Positions 23,101-38,500 of a DNA stretch of 64,000 nt are shown here, piece after piece. The notes beneath the pieces are model-generated. The model was not told the origin of the DNA, did not search any database, and worked only from the letters and a program-made list of their open reading frames with translations. Source of the DNA: Hyphochytrium catenoides (lineage: Eukaryota > Protista > Hyphochytriomycota); assembly GCA_900088475.1 (NCBI GenBank), contig FLMG01001044.1, positions 1 through 64,000 on the forward strand, read 5' to 3'. Position 1 is the stretch's first letter. The number at the start of each line of letters is the position of its first letter. A program made the translations under genes and the position numbers.

Positions 23101-26100
23101 TTACGTTCCCGAGACTTGCTTGCTTAAGGCTGCGGCAAGGACCACGAACGAGTACTTGTAGTAAAGGATTAACCTTCATTTATATTCCTTCGACCTCGGA
23201 TCGAGTGTCGATATGTCCTTATGATATTACCCTTCTCCTCCCTATCCCTGCCTGTACTCCCGACTGCGGCGGTGTCTGAGGTGACGATGATGAGCGGTGA
23301 TGGTGAGGAGACGAGAAGAGGAGAGGACTCTCCGGGTGGTGGTGTTCTGATTCTGATCCTCCTCCCTCCTCTCGCCCATCACCATCGCAAATTATCAAAA
23401 GAAAGCACCTTGGAATATCTTTCAGGTGGCTACCGTGATCTCTACTAGCTTTAGTGAAACCAACGAATAATTTATGGTGAAACATTTCCGTTCTGGTTCT
23501 GAGGGCAGGAGGAGTGATGATGCAGATCGGAGCTTGAGTCTCAAGCTGGAAGCTTTCTCTCATAGCAGACATAGACCACTCGGAGAGAGGGAGATGAATC
23601 AAGGCAAGGAAGATAGGGAGGCCCGGTCCTACTCGCACCCTCACTGGCTGGGGCAAGAAAGGATGGGCTTGATGAAGAAGAGGCGAAGGAAAGCTTTGAG
23701 GAAGTTTCAGAAATGGATAGGACGCGGAGGAGAGCGAAGACGAGATCTAGAGGAATGCATCATAAAGCTAATGATGCCGCTCAAAAGGCTAGAAGGAATA
23801 AGGAACGGAGTGGAGTTAGCCAAACCTTTCTTGTCTGTTTGGGACCGGCAGAGGTCTGCAACAAGAAGCTTTCTACTAAGGCGAGCACTGTTGGAGGATC
23901 GCTACAGGCCCAGGAGACTGTAATTTTCGTTCCCTCGCTCAGGCCTACCAGATCACTTTAGCAGAAAAGGTACAGATAGCCATTTACTTCTAGGGCTCAG
24001 TGGAAGGAAGGAAGCATAGGATTGCAGCTATAGGACATCATTACGGGAAATATGGTCGTTGAGGGCTCCGAGAACTCTAGGCGACATTCCTTTCAAACTG
24101 TAAGGCAGAGGGTGTTAATTAGTCCGACTGCTGAGTACCAGAACCGCCAGAAATCTGAGCTCTTGGCACCAGAAGGCAAGTCACTGCACCTGTAAAGACC
24201 TATATATTGGTGTAGTCACCGCTTACCATCTTTTCCCAAACCCGGTGCCCCGGCCACTTCTATTCTGCCATTATAGGTACGTGGTCCGCCACTGCCGCTG
24301 TAGAGGCGTACAAGACCGCTGATGCCACAGACAATCAGCTTGAACTTTCAGAACAGCAACTAGCTTCACTATCTCTAGTCACTACTAAAAGCTCAGCCTC
24401 TAAAGCCAAGCTCTTGGAAGATAAAGATCCTACCGCCAGTAAAGTTCCCAGCCCTGGTCCGACATCAGTCACAGAGAGAGAGCTCCATAACCTATCTTCA
24501 GTTCAGGCTGCAGCGTCCAGCCCGCAGCAGGTATTTGCGTTACATCCATCTTCCTATGCCAAACGTGGCAGCATCAACCCCAGGGAACGGTTGCGCAACC
24601 GCAGAAGTTTTGACTGTGGCAAAAGCAACTCAAACCTCGATGTGAAGGTAAGGACATGAGAATCCATAAATGATCTAGTCACTTACCTAGGAATCGTTTC
24701 CCCTTTCTCCAGAAAGTTGAAGGACTGCTTCCTCCCCCAGTAGTACTCAGCAATGAGCTGAAAAGAGCGCTTCCCGTTGCTGTTGAGTTAGAGAAGCATA
24801 GTGTTCAGCCAACAAGTGGTTCAGGTGCTGCAGGTCTACCTGATTCATTGAGGACTGAGACCCATCCTCAATCCATTCAAACAACTTCTACCAGTTCCGG
24901 GGTGCACGAACTCCAAAGCTTTGCCCTCGCTATTCCGGTGCTGGAATTCTTTGAGAACGAGTGTCATAGCGTAAGTGGCTGTTCGGATCTGCTACTTCTA
25001 TCTCACTACTGACTACGTCTGATTCCCACCTGTTCTTCACGCTTCCCCGCTCTAGCCAAGAGAGGAACAGCATGGGAACACGGCAATAGAAACTGATAGT
25101 GAACGCAGGCTCTGCTGCAAACAGTGCAGCATTCAGTAGCAAAGAGCGTCGCCAATTTCAGTTTTTGATTGACGCTATTCTGTGTAGCAATAAAGCGGTG
25201 TACCGTAGTCGAACTAATAGTGGTGTCTCTTTTTCTCTTTGTAATATAGCTTTTAGCCCCACACGGCTAAACCACTGCAAATGCTCTCATATCCTTTTCG
25301 CCAGCTCTTGCTCTGCTGATTAACACCTTCCAGTCCGAAGAAAGCCCTTCCTTGGTGAATAACACCTCGCCGGCACTGAAGTATGAAGCTCAATTCTCGT
25401 GAAGCAGCACGAGCGCGACCGCCGACAACTAAACATTACTCTGCCATGGAGGTCCTCGCCCAACGACTGGAGTTTGCAAGCAGGAAGACGCTCAGAAGCG
25501 TAGGTCGGCCGATGTGAAGTCTATACATGAGGTCGAGCTCAAGTGAGCCACACCGAGCTATGTGTCCAACCAGGACCATTCTCTGCCTTATCAGCCTCAT
25601 GAAGCTTCGGTCTTCATCCACCAGCGCGTAGCAGTCTCCCATCCACCAGGCGTCATAAAAGGGAGCGACGACAGCTCCTCTGAGACGCCAAAGCCCGGCG
25701 AAGTGGAACAGTTTTGTCGTGAGGATGGTTGGCGCCATGGTTCCTATGGCGTGTAACGGAGGGAGAAGGACGAGAAAGCTCTTTGAAAAGCACAGAAAGG
25801 CTCATAAGGAGAGACTCGCACTCCGCACACCTTGCAACTGCAACTAGGCCCACCCATTTATGGCTGCTAACGGCTAGCAATGACCCTTCCTTTTCGCCTT
25901 CTTCAAGGCTCCACAAGGAATCGCGGTGATGATAGCCGGTAGCGGCTAGCCCTCCAAAGGGCATGGCTCCGTCAATCTCTAGGTGGCGCGGCGGATAGGA
26001 AGCAAAAGTCTATCCGCTGCTTCTTCAGCTCACCGCATTCGGCGCCACCCCGTGGGCTCCGGCTTCAGTTCCAGAGCTGCCTAGCTGCCATGCTGCACGA

Positions 26101-26556
26101 AGAGGAGTGGGTTGGTCGACAGCAGCAGAAGGATGAGACTCTAATTGCACCGCGAAAGGCCAAACAGTAGTCCTGAAAGAGGTCTACAGGCTCCTTTAAG
26201 CTAAAGGTGCACAAGTCAGAAGCGATGGCCATTGCGGACAAGTCCAACTTACCATTTACCACTTCATGGGCCGACTGAGGGGCTCTGGGGTCAGAAGTGC
26301 CCCTATAAAGAACATGTCAAAGTGGACATTAACACAGTCATTTATTATTGTGGCCCACTGGCTCTCAGTGGGACGTTCTAGTGCTAGCGATGGGCAAGGT
26401 AGTGAAGCTATACTCACTGGGCTCAATCTCCACCTTCCGTTGTCTTTCTCCATTGTCCACATTTTACCGTTCAGGCACATAGGTTCGGCAGTTGTAAGGG
26501 CTAACTGCATATTTCCCTCCCGCATCAGGGCTCTTCTGGAGTGCCCAGCCACGTAG

Positions 26557-29500
26557 GCCAGCTAATCTCACACAAACAAACGTTTGGATGGACATCCCGG
26601 ATGCACTGGTGCACCTCACCCTTGACAATGAGGCAGTGTCCGTAATACACTATCAGATACGTGCGACAGGACTGCGTGCGCTCGCCGCAATTGGAGGCTT
26701 GGGAGACTCTGCACTAACCACCGGAGATAGAGATTTCCTCGCAACCAGAGTAACAGTTGATAGTACGCCATTTCGGCAGTCAGGAGCGCTAACGCAACCG
26801 CGCTTCGATGGCGAACGCACGCAAAACACACTATCAGGGACACTTGTGACTACGTTACCACGGGGAAACCATAGTGTCCGCTTGCAGTGGAAAAAGTTTG
26901 GCCCTAGCAGCATCAAATGGCTTGCTGGTCCCTCAATTCAGGCGAACCAGAGCTCAGAAGTGAGCCTTACGGTCCGAGGCAATCCAAAATATGTTTGGTC
27001 CCGTCAGCCTCTCACCCCTGCACGCTTGGACCGCAACTCCGAATGGCAAGATGTAGATGAGGAGCCTCTACAGATTGATCTACCTCAGCAGACATCCTTA
27101 GAGTTCAAGTATCGGGTCCCACTCACGGCGGATGTGCCCTACTTTCCTGAAGGTATCACGTCCCGAGTGTTATCTCCCAACTCTCAAAGGTGATTACTAA
27201 TCTCTTCCATGTCACATAGGGAACTCTTTAGGGGATACCGTAACGTCAGTACTCTCAGTGGATGAGGTGAAATACTACGAAACCCAGTCCACTTTTAGGT
27301 TGCTGACCAAGGGGTTACCAGTGGCTACTCTGCATGGCAGCATCCTGCTTACCCTCTCGGCGGGTCAGCACCAGATCAGGCTACTCTGGAAGAAGGTTGG
27401 GAAAAATGTTAGGGCATGGCGCTCTGTCCCCTCCTTTCTGGATGGCTTCGTTAGTGGGCGGACATTAGTGGCAGAAAGCCGCGAGCTAGTGCACGCATCT
27501 AGACAACTGACTCAAGGGAGTGTCGTCCCACCACCTTACATTCTCTCGAGTAGGGATGAGCTTGATCTATTTGGCTTTCGGGATTGGATTGACATAGTAC
27601 CTTCTCTCTTATCTTTCGAAATGCCGTCTTTGTCCATTGTACTCTTCCAATACCGGCTACCACAGCAAGCTGCTAGAGTGCTGCAGAAGACACAGACAGA
27701 AGAGGACGACCCGAAAACATCACCCATTCGTGTCGTCATTGACGGGGAGCCCTACCAGGAGCTTCCTGCTACAAGAGCTTGGAAAAGTCAACCTGACGAG
27801 GGCATCAAGGGTGAGCTTGTCCTTAGCCTGCCCCCTGGCACGCACTCGGCAAAGCTTCAGATTCGGAAATCTGTCTTCGATGATCTTCAGAGGGACTGGC
27901 TGGGGGCTAGGGAGCTTCAGTCACTTAATAGATTGTCTAAAGGGGAGTACCTGACTTACGCCCTTAGAACGAATGTTCCAGCTGTTCGGCTCCCGTCTCA
28001 TCTGAATCAGACGTTGGAAGACGTAAGTACTAGGATCCACGGCATTGAGGTTTTTGACAAGGAGGCTGGTATGCCTCTTGATTATAGCGTCAGCGTGAGG
28101 CTTGCGGTACAGTATGGCACTTTGAGGTTTGCTCGCAACTACAGCGGGGTTCATTATATCCAAGGCACAGGGGAGGACGACGCAGTTCTTGTGCTTGCCG
28201 GTAGTATGCCAGCCATCAATGATGTACTGGCTGGAGCTCTGTACACGCCCTACCTCCACTATCACGGGCCAGAACGGCTGCTAGTCTCAGTCATGGATGG
28301 GGACAGATCATCAGCCACCGAGGCCAAGGAACACATAGCACAACTTGAGTTTGTTGTGAAATCTGTGAATGATCCTCCATCTGTCGTGGTACCAGCAGCG
28401 CAGAATATGAGGGAGGACGAGCGACTCTCTATTCATGGGATCACGGTCTACGATGTGGATTGCATAGAGCACCTAGACTGTCAACTGGAAATAACACTTA
28501 AGGTTACAGCTGGCAGATTGCTCATAATGGACTCATTCAGCCACTTACTGACAGAAGAAGAGTCTCACTTTGGGTCAAATGTCCTTCGCCTTTCTGGGCC
28601 AATCCAAACTGTGAACCAAGCCTTGCGAGAAGTTCAGTACCTACCCTTGCCAGACTACAACTACCGACACCACCCAGAAGCGTTAGAGATTATTGTCGCG
28701 GACTTTCCGCTTGAAGGTAGCCAAAGACTGACAGCTTATGCCGTCATTCCTATCTTTGTCGCCCCAGTCAATGATGCCCCAATTATCTCGAAAGCTTTGG
28801 AACAAAGTCTCACCCTGGATGGGCTAAGGCTGAAGGGGCCTTCCTCAGTCACTCTGCAAGCAGATTTGGTGGCAGGCCATGGAGGATTCTGCCTCTCCAA
28901 CGCTAGCACTTCCGCTTCCAGTTGGACATTAAAGGGTTCCGCCGTAGAGGTCGGGGCGTTGGTGGAAAGGCTAGTGATGAATAACATTGACTCGAGCAGT
29001 GTAATGGGTTCAGTCCACTTCACCATTCATGATCAGTCCCTGCCAGTGCAATTGGCGGAGACATACATTCTGGAGTTCCGCCTGATGGAAAAGTCTGAAC
29101 GTAAGTAATCTATTGCAGACTCACATACAGAAGCGGAGTTCTAACTCTCGTATTATTTCAGATCCACGTCCATATCCGCGTATCTTGAGCGTCTCTCCTC
29201 AAAGCGGTACGTCTCAAGGCGGCACTAGGGTTGCAATTGAAGCCGAAAACCTGGGGAATGATACCATCTGGTGCCTATTCAACACCGTCAAAGTCCAAGC
29301 GACTACTGCCAATGGCACCGTCACTTGCCATACTCCTCGTTTGACTGAAGGTTCCCGTGTGCCACAAACAGTTCTGCTGCGACTCCTCACTTCTGAGGGT
29401 CTGCTTTCCAGCCGCGCCCTATACCGCTATGAAGGTAAGTAGTAAAGTTAGGCCGTGAAATCTGATTTGCTCTCACTTGTTGTAAATATCAAGTGGGACC

Positions 29501-32500
29501 AACTGTAGCGATGGTTACGCCGACCCTTCTGGACAGAAGAAAGCCCACTGTAGTCACAATTCACGGAAAGGACTTTAAACCGAGGGTTGAGATGGCTTGC
29601 AGGGCGGGAGAAGCCGTGGTCCGCGGTCTGTGGCTAAATGACTCAGCCGTCACTTGTGAATTCCCGCCTATGGGCTGGATGCCTTCACAGCTCCTGGAGT
29701 TCACTTCAAATGGCCGAGAGTTCATCAGCACTGGTCACACCTTGGCAGTTCCCGGTACAGTGAATAAATACTTGATAACGTACAAGGCACTGCTTGGTTC
29801 TATTAGCACTCACCTTCTCCCCTCAGGCAACTGTACCGGGTACGTGATTTCTCCAGAGTCGCCGTACGAAAGGGATACCCTAGAGGTAGAAGTCATAGGA
29901 ACCTTTTTGACGACGGGGATGGCCCCTGCTTGTCATATCGGTGGAACCAATGTTTCTGGCCGACCTCTTAATGAGACGTTCTTCTCATGTAAGCTTCCGG
30001 AAGGGATGATAGGAGCAACAGATTTTCAGATCACCCTCCACGGGTCTGTCATCACTTCAGAAGGGTACCGAACGTTACACATAAGAGGTAAGGAACACGT
30101 TATGGTTACGCGCAGAGATCAGTCCATCGTGCTAATTGTCCTTTTGTCGTTAACATGTAGAGCGCCTTTTTATAGAAAGCATAAGCCCTGCCTTTGGGTT
30201 CTCCACCGGTGGCACTCTCGTGACGATAAAGGGGAAAGGTTTCCTAGATAGTCCTTCCATTACCTGTCAGTTTGGGCTTGCTGCAATACCTGCCCGGACT
30301 GTTTCTTCCTCCGAGCTCGTCTGCGAAGCCCCGCCGAATCATGCCGGGTTGGTAAATGTTTCTGTGGAGGATTCGAACGGACTGAAGGTTTCTTTCACTG
30401 ATGCCTATGAGTACATTGATGCCCCAGATATCTACACAATTAGCCCGCGCATGGTCCCTGCCGGTGAAGCCGGAGTGCTCAGGTTGTATGGACACGGCTT
30501 CCTTGACTCGCTTTCTACGGGTTGCAAGGTCAGCAACCAGCTATTTTCAGCAAAATGGATTTCTTCCAGTCAAGTTATCTGCATGGTAGACCCAGATATA
30601 ACGTCTGGCCTCCATACAGTGGAGCTTACTCTCAACGGTGTGGACTACATCCCAGCTGGCGTCGACCTTCATGTCTACAGAATTCCTGAAGTGCAAGGGC
30701 TTTCTCCCACCAAAGGGTTCGCAAACGGTGGAATGAGAATCCTTTTTCAAGGTGCTGGCTTTTTCCCGGCTCCAAACATTGCCTGCCGTTTTGGGTCCGC
30801 TATCATACATGCAGAGTACTTATCGCAGGGAGAGATAGCTTGTGTTGCACCTGCAACGACTTCTTTTGGGGAAGTGCCGGTCTATATCTCGATGGACGGC
30901 ACGCACTTTAAAAGAACCGGGCATTCATACACCTTCGTTGAGGATCCTGAGATTGGGGCAGTTTTCCCTCTCAGTGGCCCCATTGATGGTGGGTCTAAGC
31001 TACACTTGCGCGGGAGGGGACTCAACAACTCAAACTACCTCTGTCTTTTTAGAAGTGTGAACAATCGCACTATCCAAGAGGAAGTGCCTTCAACAGCATT
31101 CGCCGAAAACGAAATGACGTGCACGACACCACCTTGGCAAACGCCTGAAGATGTACACCTCAGCCTGATGCTTGTCGACACTGGGGAAACAGCGAGGTCG
31201 TTCGTGACCTTCTCCTATTCCGAACGCCCGGTGTTGACCTCTATTAGACCCGGCGCCGGGCTTACTTCTGGGAACACCACGTTAGCCTTATTTGGCTCGC
31301 ATCTGCTAGCTCTGTCAGGGTCTATCCGTTGCGCTTTCTACTTTCCTTTATCAAATCAAACTATTACGGTTGAAGGGGTAGCATTGGATGCTGGATATGC
31401 AAGATGCTTGACACCTCCGAGTCCGCACAGTGCTACAACAGCGTTTGTTTCGATGTCTCTCAACAATCACGACTATTCGAAGAACCAGGTTCGGTATCGA
31501 TACCTTTCGGAACCGGACATCCATGAGTTGTCGCCAAATTTTGGTAGCGTGAGGGGTGGAACATATGTGACTGTTCTTGGTAATAACCTTATAGCTGGGA
31601 ATGACCTACTTTGCCTCTTCGGTCAAAGGGGCGTCCTCGCAACGATGATCCACGACAACATTCTGATTTGTGCAACTCCAGCTGCAGAGCATGAGGAAGA
31701 GGTTCCTTTTGCCCTTTCTCTCAGTGGAGTTGTGATCGCTCAAAGCAATCTTACATTTACCTACATCAAGGAAGCCCGAGTAACAGCCATCTGGCCTCCC
31801 ATTGGCCCTGAGACAGGTGGCACTCTAGTAACGGTGACGGGTGGTGACTTTCTCAACTCTTCTACCATTCGTTGCAAAATGCATGAAGACCTAAAAGTGG
31901 GGCGTTTCGTTTCGTCGGAAGAAATAGAATGCATCACGCCGAACGGTACTAGAGATGAAGTTTCTATGCTTCAGGTTTCCTTAAATGGCATTGACTTTCT
32001 AGAATCTGCCCAGATCTTTCAATATGTTGCGGTCATTACTCTGTCGGAACTCGAACCCAATAGAGGCTTCGCAGCTGGCGGAACTCTTATCAATGTTTAC
32101 GGCGACGGCTTCGAGGATTCTGACTCCTTCTACTGTCGATTTGGGAGTCAGCTTACACGGGCAAGGTGGCTGACGAAAACCCACGCCCAGTGCGTGGCAC
32201 CTCAAGCGGAGGTCGTGGGAGTTGTTATCTTGGAGTTAACGGCCAATGGGGTCGATTTCACTGCCGACAAACTCACTTTTGAGTATGTTGAGGACCCAGT
32301 TCTCATTGCCGCACATCCCAATCACAGCAGCGTCCTAGGTGGGGCCTTATTGACAGTGGAGGGTGCTAACTTCGTAAATTCGAGCGCGCTGAGTTGTACC
32401 TTTGGCAAGGAGTCTGTCCCAGCCGCATACCTGTCTCCTACTTCCCTGACGTGTCTCACCCCTCCACACGAAGCTGGACCAGTGCCTCTGGCGGTTGGGC

Positions 32501-35500
32501 TAGGCGGAAGTCTGATGCCACCCGATCAATCACTAACCATTTTATTTCATGAAGCCATGCTTGAAGATGAAAGAGATGCATCTGCAGAGGATGTACAAGG
32601 GAAGTTGGAGCAGGATTTCCGTATTCTTCTGCTTCAGGCAGCAGCGGAGGCCAAGACAAGAAGAAATCTTTTCGATCTGAACCCTTCCTATGGACCTAGA
32701 AATGCTACAACCTCTATCAGAATTTACGGACCGTTTACAACGTTGACTCGGCAGCTCCGCTGTCGATTTGGATCGGATGAAAGACCGGCAGTAAGAATAT
32801 CAAGCTCTGAGGTACATTGCGAAGCTCCACCCGTTAACAACAGTTTGAGTGCGTTGCCTCTTGCTCTCTCATTCAATAGAGGGGAATATCTAGAAACTTC
32901 GCAGACGTTTTACTACTATGACGAACCGAAAATCAACTCCATAACGCCTGTGGCCGGGCCGAGGGATGGGGGTACCCGCGTCTACGTCTTTGGCTCAGGA
33001 TTTATCCATAATGGCCTGTCCAGGTGTAGGTTTGGGACAGAAACGAGTCGTCCCACCTATATTTCTAGTCAGGAGCTGATGTGTGCTGCTCCTTCGCAGA
33101 AGTCTGGCGGAGCAGTTGCTTTTTCTCTTTCGATGAATGGGCAGCATTTCACAGATAGCCAACTACTCTACCACTACTACTCTCCCCCAACTCTCCTAGA
33201 TATCCTACCGCCTGCTGGGGTCATCACTCACATGAAGAGTTTCCACTTAGTAGGAGAGGGATTTGTTCCTGAACTACCTCTTTGGATTAAGCTCGGGGTT
33301 ACTCTGGCTTCATGTAGTGCCCACAACTCTACTTCAGCCAGTTGTGGCCCCCCAGACACCGATCTAGCAGTAGGACCCCACGCAGTCAAGCTCTCACAAA
33401 ATGGGCAGGACTTTGCCAGTGCAGTGCCTCTTTTCACGGCTATTCCGTCTCCTGTCATCTATTCAATCTTGCCGAAGATGGTTCCAGCTTGGACTGAAAG
33501 CGATCTTTATCTCGACATCCAATCTATCCCAGAGAGCGCGGAGCTATCATGTAAGGTTGGAGAGGCGTTGGTGCCGGCAATTGTACAAGCCAGGCATAGG
33601 ATTTCCTGCAGAACTGATGCTACACTACTACCAGGACTTCACACCGTCCAACTTGTGATATATGGAGTAACTTATGGCTCCAACCATAGCACTGTCCAGG
33701 TTTACAGCCCACCAGAGATAAGAGCCATTGAACCGAAAGAGGGGCCCTATGACGTAGTAACTAAAGTCACCATACTGGGGGTCGGTTTCTTTTATTCTTC
33801 AGCGATGCTTTGTCGGTTTGGAGAGTTGCACAGCTATGCGGAATTTATCTCAGAGAATGAGATAGCTTGCCACGCTCCTTCTAGCCCAAGTGCTCACGAA
33901 GTAGAGGTATCCTTCGCGCCAGATGGTGTACACTTTAGGTCTCCTGGGCTGACATTCACTTACACTCCTGGTATTGAGGTGTTGGATGTGTCTCCTTCCT
34001 TAGTGCTCACGAGCGGTGGTTCACGAGTAGTCGTTCGCGGCCGGGGCTTCTTCGCTGCAATGCATTGCCGGTTGAGTAGTCTGACAAACGCCAGTCTTTA
34101 CAGCCTCGCAGCTGCTACAGTCCTGTCAAGTAATGAAGCAGAGTGCATCACCCCAAAATGGAATTATAGTGAAGAGGTCAGGCTTAATGTGGTCCATGCC
34201 CCGGAGGAGATTCCGAAAGGTTCAGGCGCGATTCTCCGCTATATTCCACAGCCTGAAGTAAGTCACCTGTGGCCCACGGCTGGGCTCAATACTGGTGGAA
34301 CCTCCGTCACCGTCACTGGAGCTCATATTTGGGAACCAAGCGGGACGACGCGTTGCTCGTTCGCCTTCCCTGAAACAGGAAAGACAATTCTAGTGAATGG
34401 GCGCAGGTTGACGGCAGAGCAGATCGAGTGCATTTCACCTCCTGCCCCCACGAACGCCACCAAGGCCATGGTGGCTATCTCTCTGAATGGTGGTGTTGAC
34501 TTCTCAAGCCGAAGTCTTCGTTACAGCTATCTAATCAAGCCCATAATAACTGGGACCACACCCACGTTCGGTGGAGCGGAAGGGGGTACTCCAGTGACAA
34601 TCCAGGGCTCAGATTTTCCGCTGGCAGCAATCAACGTAATTTGTTCCTTTGGCGGTCAGATGAGCGCTGCCATTCGCCTAACGTCATTCGCAATGGTGTG
34701 CGTATCCCCTCCCGCCGATAGTCTGGGGCAGATGAACGTTTCATTAGTTCTCGGTGATCTGGAGGCAACCATTGGCTCCTTTATGTTTACCTACACCCCA
34801 ACAGCTCGCATAAAGAGGATAAAGCCAGAGAGAGGCACGGCATCTGGAGGAACCCCGGTGATAGTCGAAGGCTCTTCATTCCGTAACTCTACAGCCTTAA
34901 GTTGCAGGTTTGGTGAGGAAACGAGGCCAGGGAAGTTAGTGACCGAAGAAACTATTGAGTGTTTAAGCCCCGCGGGTCAGCCAGGGTCTATGGTACCTCT
35001 ACAGGTCTCTCTGAATGGGGTTGACTTTATTCAGTCATCGCGAGTATTTGAGTATTTGGCAGTCATGAACCTCGACAGACTTCATCCCACCCATGGGTCT
35101 CTCAATGGCGGTACCGTAGTAAATGTCTATGGCCATATTTTTGTCGATTCTGTCAGTTTGGAATGCAGCTTCGATTCGAACTTGGTCCCTGCAATCTGGA
35201 TCTCTTCCTTTCACATACAATGCCTGTCACCTCCGATGACGACAAGTAGAGCTGTAATGCTTAAGCTGACGGAAAACGGCATAGACTTCACGTCGGTGGG
35301 ACTATTATTCAACTACGTGGATGATGTTAAGGTGACGGGATTAACTCCTGTGCACGGAAGTGCTCTTGGCGGTATGTTGGTGACCGTGAACGGGGAGAAC
35401 TTCCTTGACTCTGACGGACTCTCGTGCACCTTTGGAGAAGATGTAGTACCTGCTCGCTTCGTATCTTCCACTTTACTTACCTGCCTCACTCCTGCTTGCA

Positions 35501-38500
35501 CCCCTGGGCGAGTTCCATTTGGTATCTCGTTGAATGGCGTCGAGCGCTCTACAGCTCCTCTTTGGTTTGAGTTCCTGCATCCAGTGCAAGTTCAAAACAT
35601 TCTTCCAGAAAGAGGACCCATCACAGGCGGGACGGACATCACCGTGTCTGGATATGGTTTTGTGAACGTTTCGACCCTATGCTGTATATTTGATGATATT
35701 CACTTGGTCCCAGCCCGTTTCGTGTCCTCAAAAAAAATTCTATGCCGTTCGCCCAAGACTGCCCGCCTTGGAAGGATGGCCTTAGAGGTATCGATCAACT
35801 CTCTAGAGAAAACGTCTGATCGTGTGACATTCGAAGCAACTCCTGAGATTGAGCTGTTTTCTGTATCACCTGCCAAAGGCTCTCCGTATGGCACCAGTCG
35901 CGTAATTCTGACAGGTTTTGGATTCGTCAAGAACTCCTACCTAGCCTGCAGAGTTGGCAGACGCACCGTGGTTACAGCTCACTGGTTGTCTCCCTCAAGT
36001 ATCGAATGTGTTCTTCCACCTCCAGACAATCCCGGTAGCACATATATAGAAGTCACCAACAACCGTCTAGATTATAGCACGTCTCAAGTCCGCTTTGACT
36101 ACATTTTGCCGTTAGCACTTTCTTCAATATCTCCCACCGTCGGAGTGGCGAGTGGTCAAACCCCAGTGACGATCCGAGGGGCCGGCTTCGACGACAGAAA
36201 TGCACAACTGCACTGCCTTTTTGGGGCGGTCCTTGTTCCTGCTATTAAGATTACTTCACAAGGCCTGACTTGCATATCGCCTCCACACGTCCCTCGGGCC
36301 GTCAACGTCAGTATTGTTCAAGGTGGTCACATGGAGTCAAGAGTGAAGTTCCAGTTCAGCTATATACCGGACCCTTTCATCACCCTCTTACGCCCGCGGG
36401 AAGTAGTGGAGAATACTGTGACGGAGATTTACGTTGAGGGAACCAACTTCATAGTAACAGAGGTCATCTATTGCCGCTTTCAGGGCGAAACTCTAACTGA
36501 GGCCTTATTGGTAAGTCCAACTCAGCTTACATGTCTTACCCCGCCACTGCGAAGAGGCCATGTGACAGTTGATGTGACTTTCAACGGAGTAGATTTCAGT
36601 AATATGGCTGACTTGAAGGTGATTCGGGCACTCCATGCAGTCAGTATTAGGCCTCAGCAAACATTCCCTGAAAGCGCGGCAATAGTGGTGACGATCGGCT
36701 CTAATAGCCCTGACTATTTGGATATCTGGTGTGAGTTCAATGGAGCTTATCGGTCTCTAGCCACGCACTATTTAGAAGGGAAGCTCTCTTGCGAACGACC
36801 ACGTTTGCCGCCCGGTCGACACAGAATAACCCTTGTCACCAATAGCGGTCATAGGGTAGCTTCGGCCTTGTACTTCAAGGTCTACCCAACTCCGTTGCTG
36901 AGATCTGCTAGTCCGCCCGCAACGTCCACGGTAGGAGGGTCTCTGATTACCCTCAAAGGTGCTAACTTTCCCAATGAAATGGCTGTCACTTGTCATTTCG
37001 ATGGCATAGCAAGTCCAGCTCATGTAGTCAACTCTACCACTTTACTTTGTACTTCTCCGGAGCGGTCCGTTGGTTCGGTACGACTTTGGCTGGCGTACGA
37101 TGGGGTAGCAAAAACGTCGGATTTCGTTCAGCTCAGTGTCGTAAACCCTCCTTGGCTGAATAGCGTTGAGCCTCAGCGTCTTAGCAGTGCTGTGAGCTCA
37201 TTCATACAAATCCAGGGGAATAACATCCCTGGGGAAGGGAATTGCTTCTGCATTCTCAAGTCAGGCCGAATCCCAGGGGTATGTCAAAAAAATGGCTTTA
37301 TAGAATGCTCTATGGAGCGACTAGAACCAGGCACGCACAGTATATGGGTGGAGGTCAACGGCGTGAAGTCCTTGAACTTCAAGACGTTTACTGTGGTCCA
37401 TAGCCCTTTAATAACCGGAATATACCCAATGCAAGTTCCTGCCCTGGATGGCCTGCAGGTACAGGTGCTTGGTAGGCTATTTCCCAATAACAGCAATCTT
37501 GGGTGCACGATAGGTGACGCCCCGGGGGTGGCGTCCTTCGTATCTCAAGATCTACTTCTTTGTGGGATTCCCGCCATTATTCCCGGAAAGTACGAGGTAG
37601 CGGTGACAATGAACGGCCACCTCATGAGAGCGAATGAATTGTATCTAGAGGTACTCAGCCCGCCGCTGGTCACTGATGTGGAGCCGAAAGGTATCAACAA
37701 GGCTGGAGGGACACGGCTGACTGTGTCGGGGTCCCACTTTGGTGATAACCCTTCCTTACTTTGCAGCTTCGACGCCATCAGCATCCGTCCTACAGTATTA
37801 AGCAACCGCAAGCTCATCTGCATCTCTCCACCCACAGAAAGCAGCACGGTATCATTCACGCTGATGGATGGTGCGATCAAGCGCCATTTAACAAATCCGA
37901 GGCTACTACTAAGCCGCACCGCCATTCGTATCCATTCTATTTATCCCCTTGCTGGACCGACGGGCATTGAAGGAGAAGTAAATGTCACTATTGAATCATC
38001 TGGGTTGACAGAGAAAGTCTTTGTGCGGGTGGGAGACTATGGCCCGACAGAATGCCAACTCGTCGAATCCAGCATCGCACGTTGTGGCATCAAGTCTCAC
38101 CAGTCAGGGTACATCCCTCTCGAGGTCTCAACAAATGGAAGAGACTGGTTCAGAGCACCCACGGAATACTACTTCTATCCTGGCCTCCAGGTCGTGAGCG
38201 CGGAGCCTTCCACATTGCTAGAAGGATTGACTGCATCATTGACTGTCACGGGTTTGGGTTTCCAAAAGCACCCACACCTGTTTGCACGGATAGGCGATGG
38301 TGGTGCCCCTTCTGAGTGTAGTGTTCTCTCACCTAGGAGAGCCATCTGCCAAATGCGCCCTCGTCGGCCGGGCACCTATACGTTATTTTTGAGTGGGAAT
38401 GGAGTTAACTATCGAAAAGTAGAAGTCAGCAATGTCACCGTGGCGTCGCGTCCTGTCGTGACTGCTGTGAAACCCTCCAAGGCAAGCATGGGAGGGGGAA

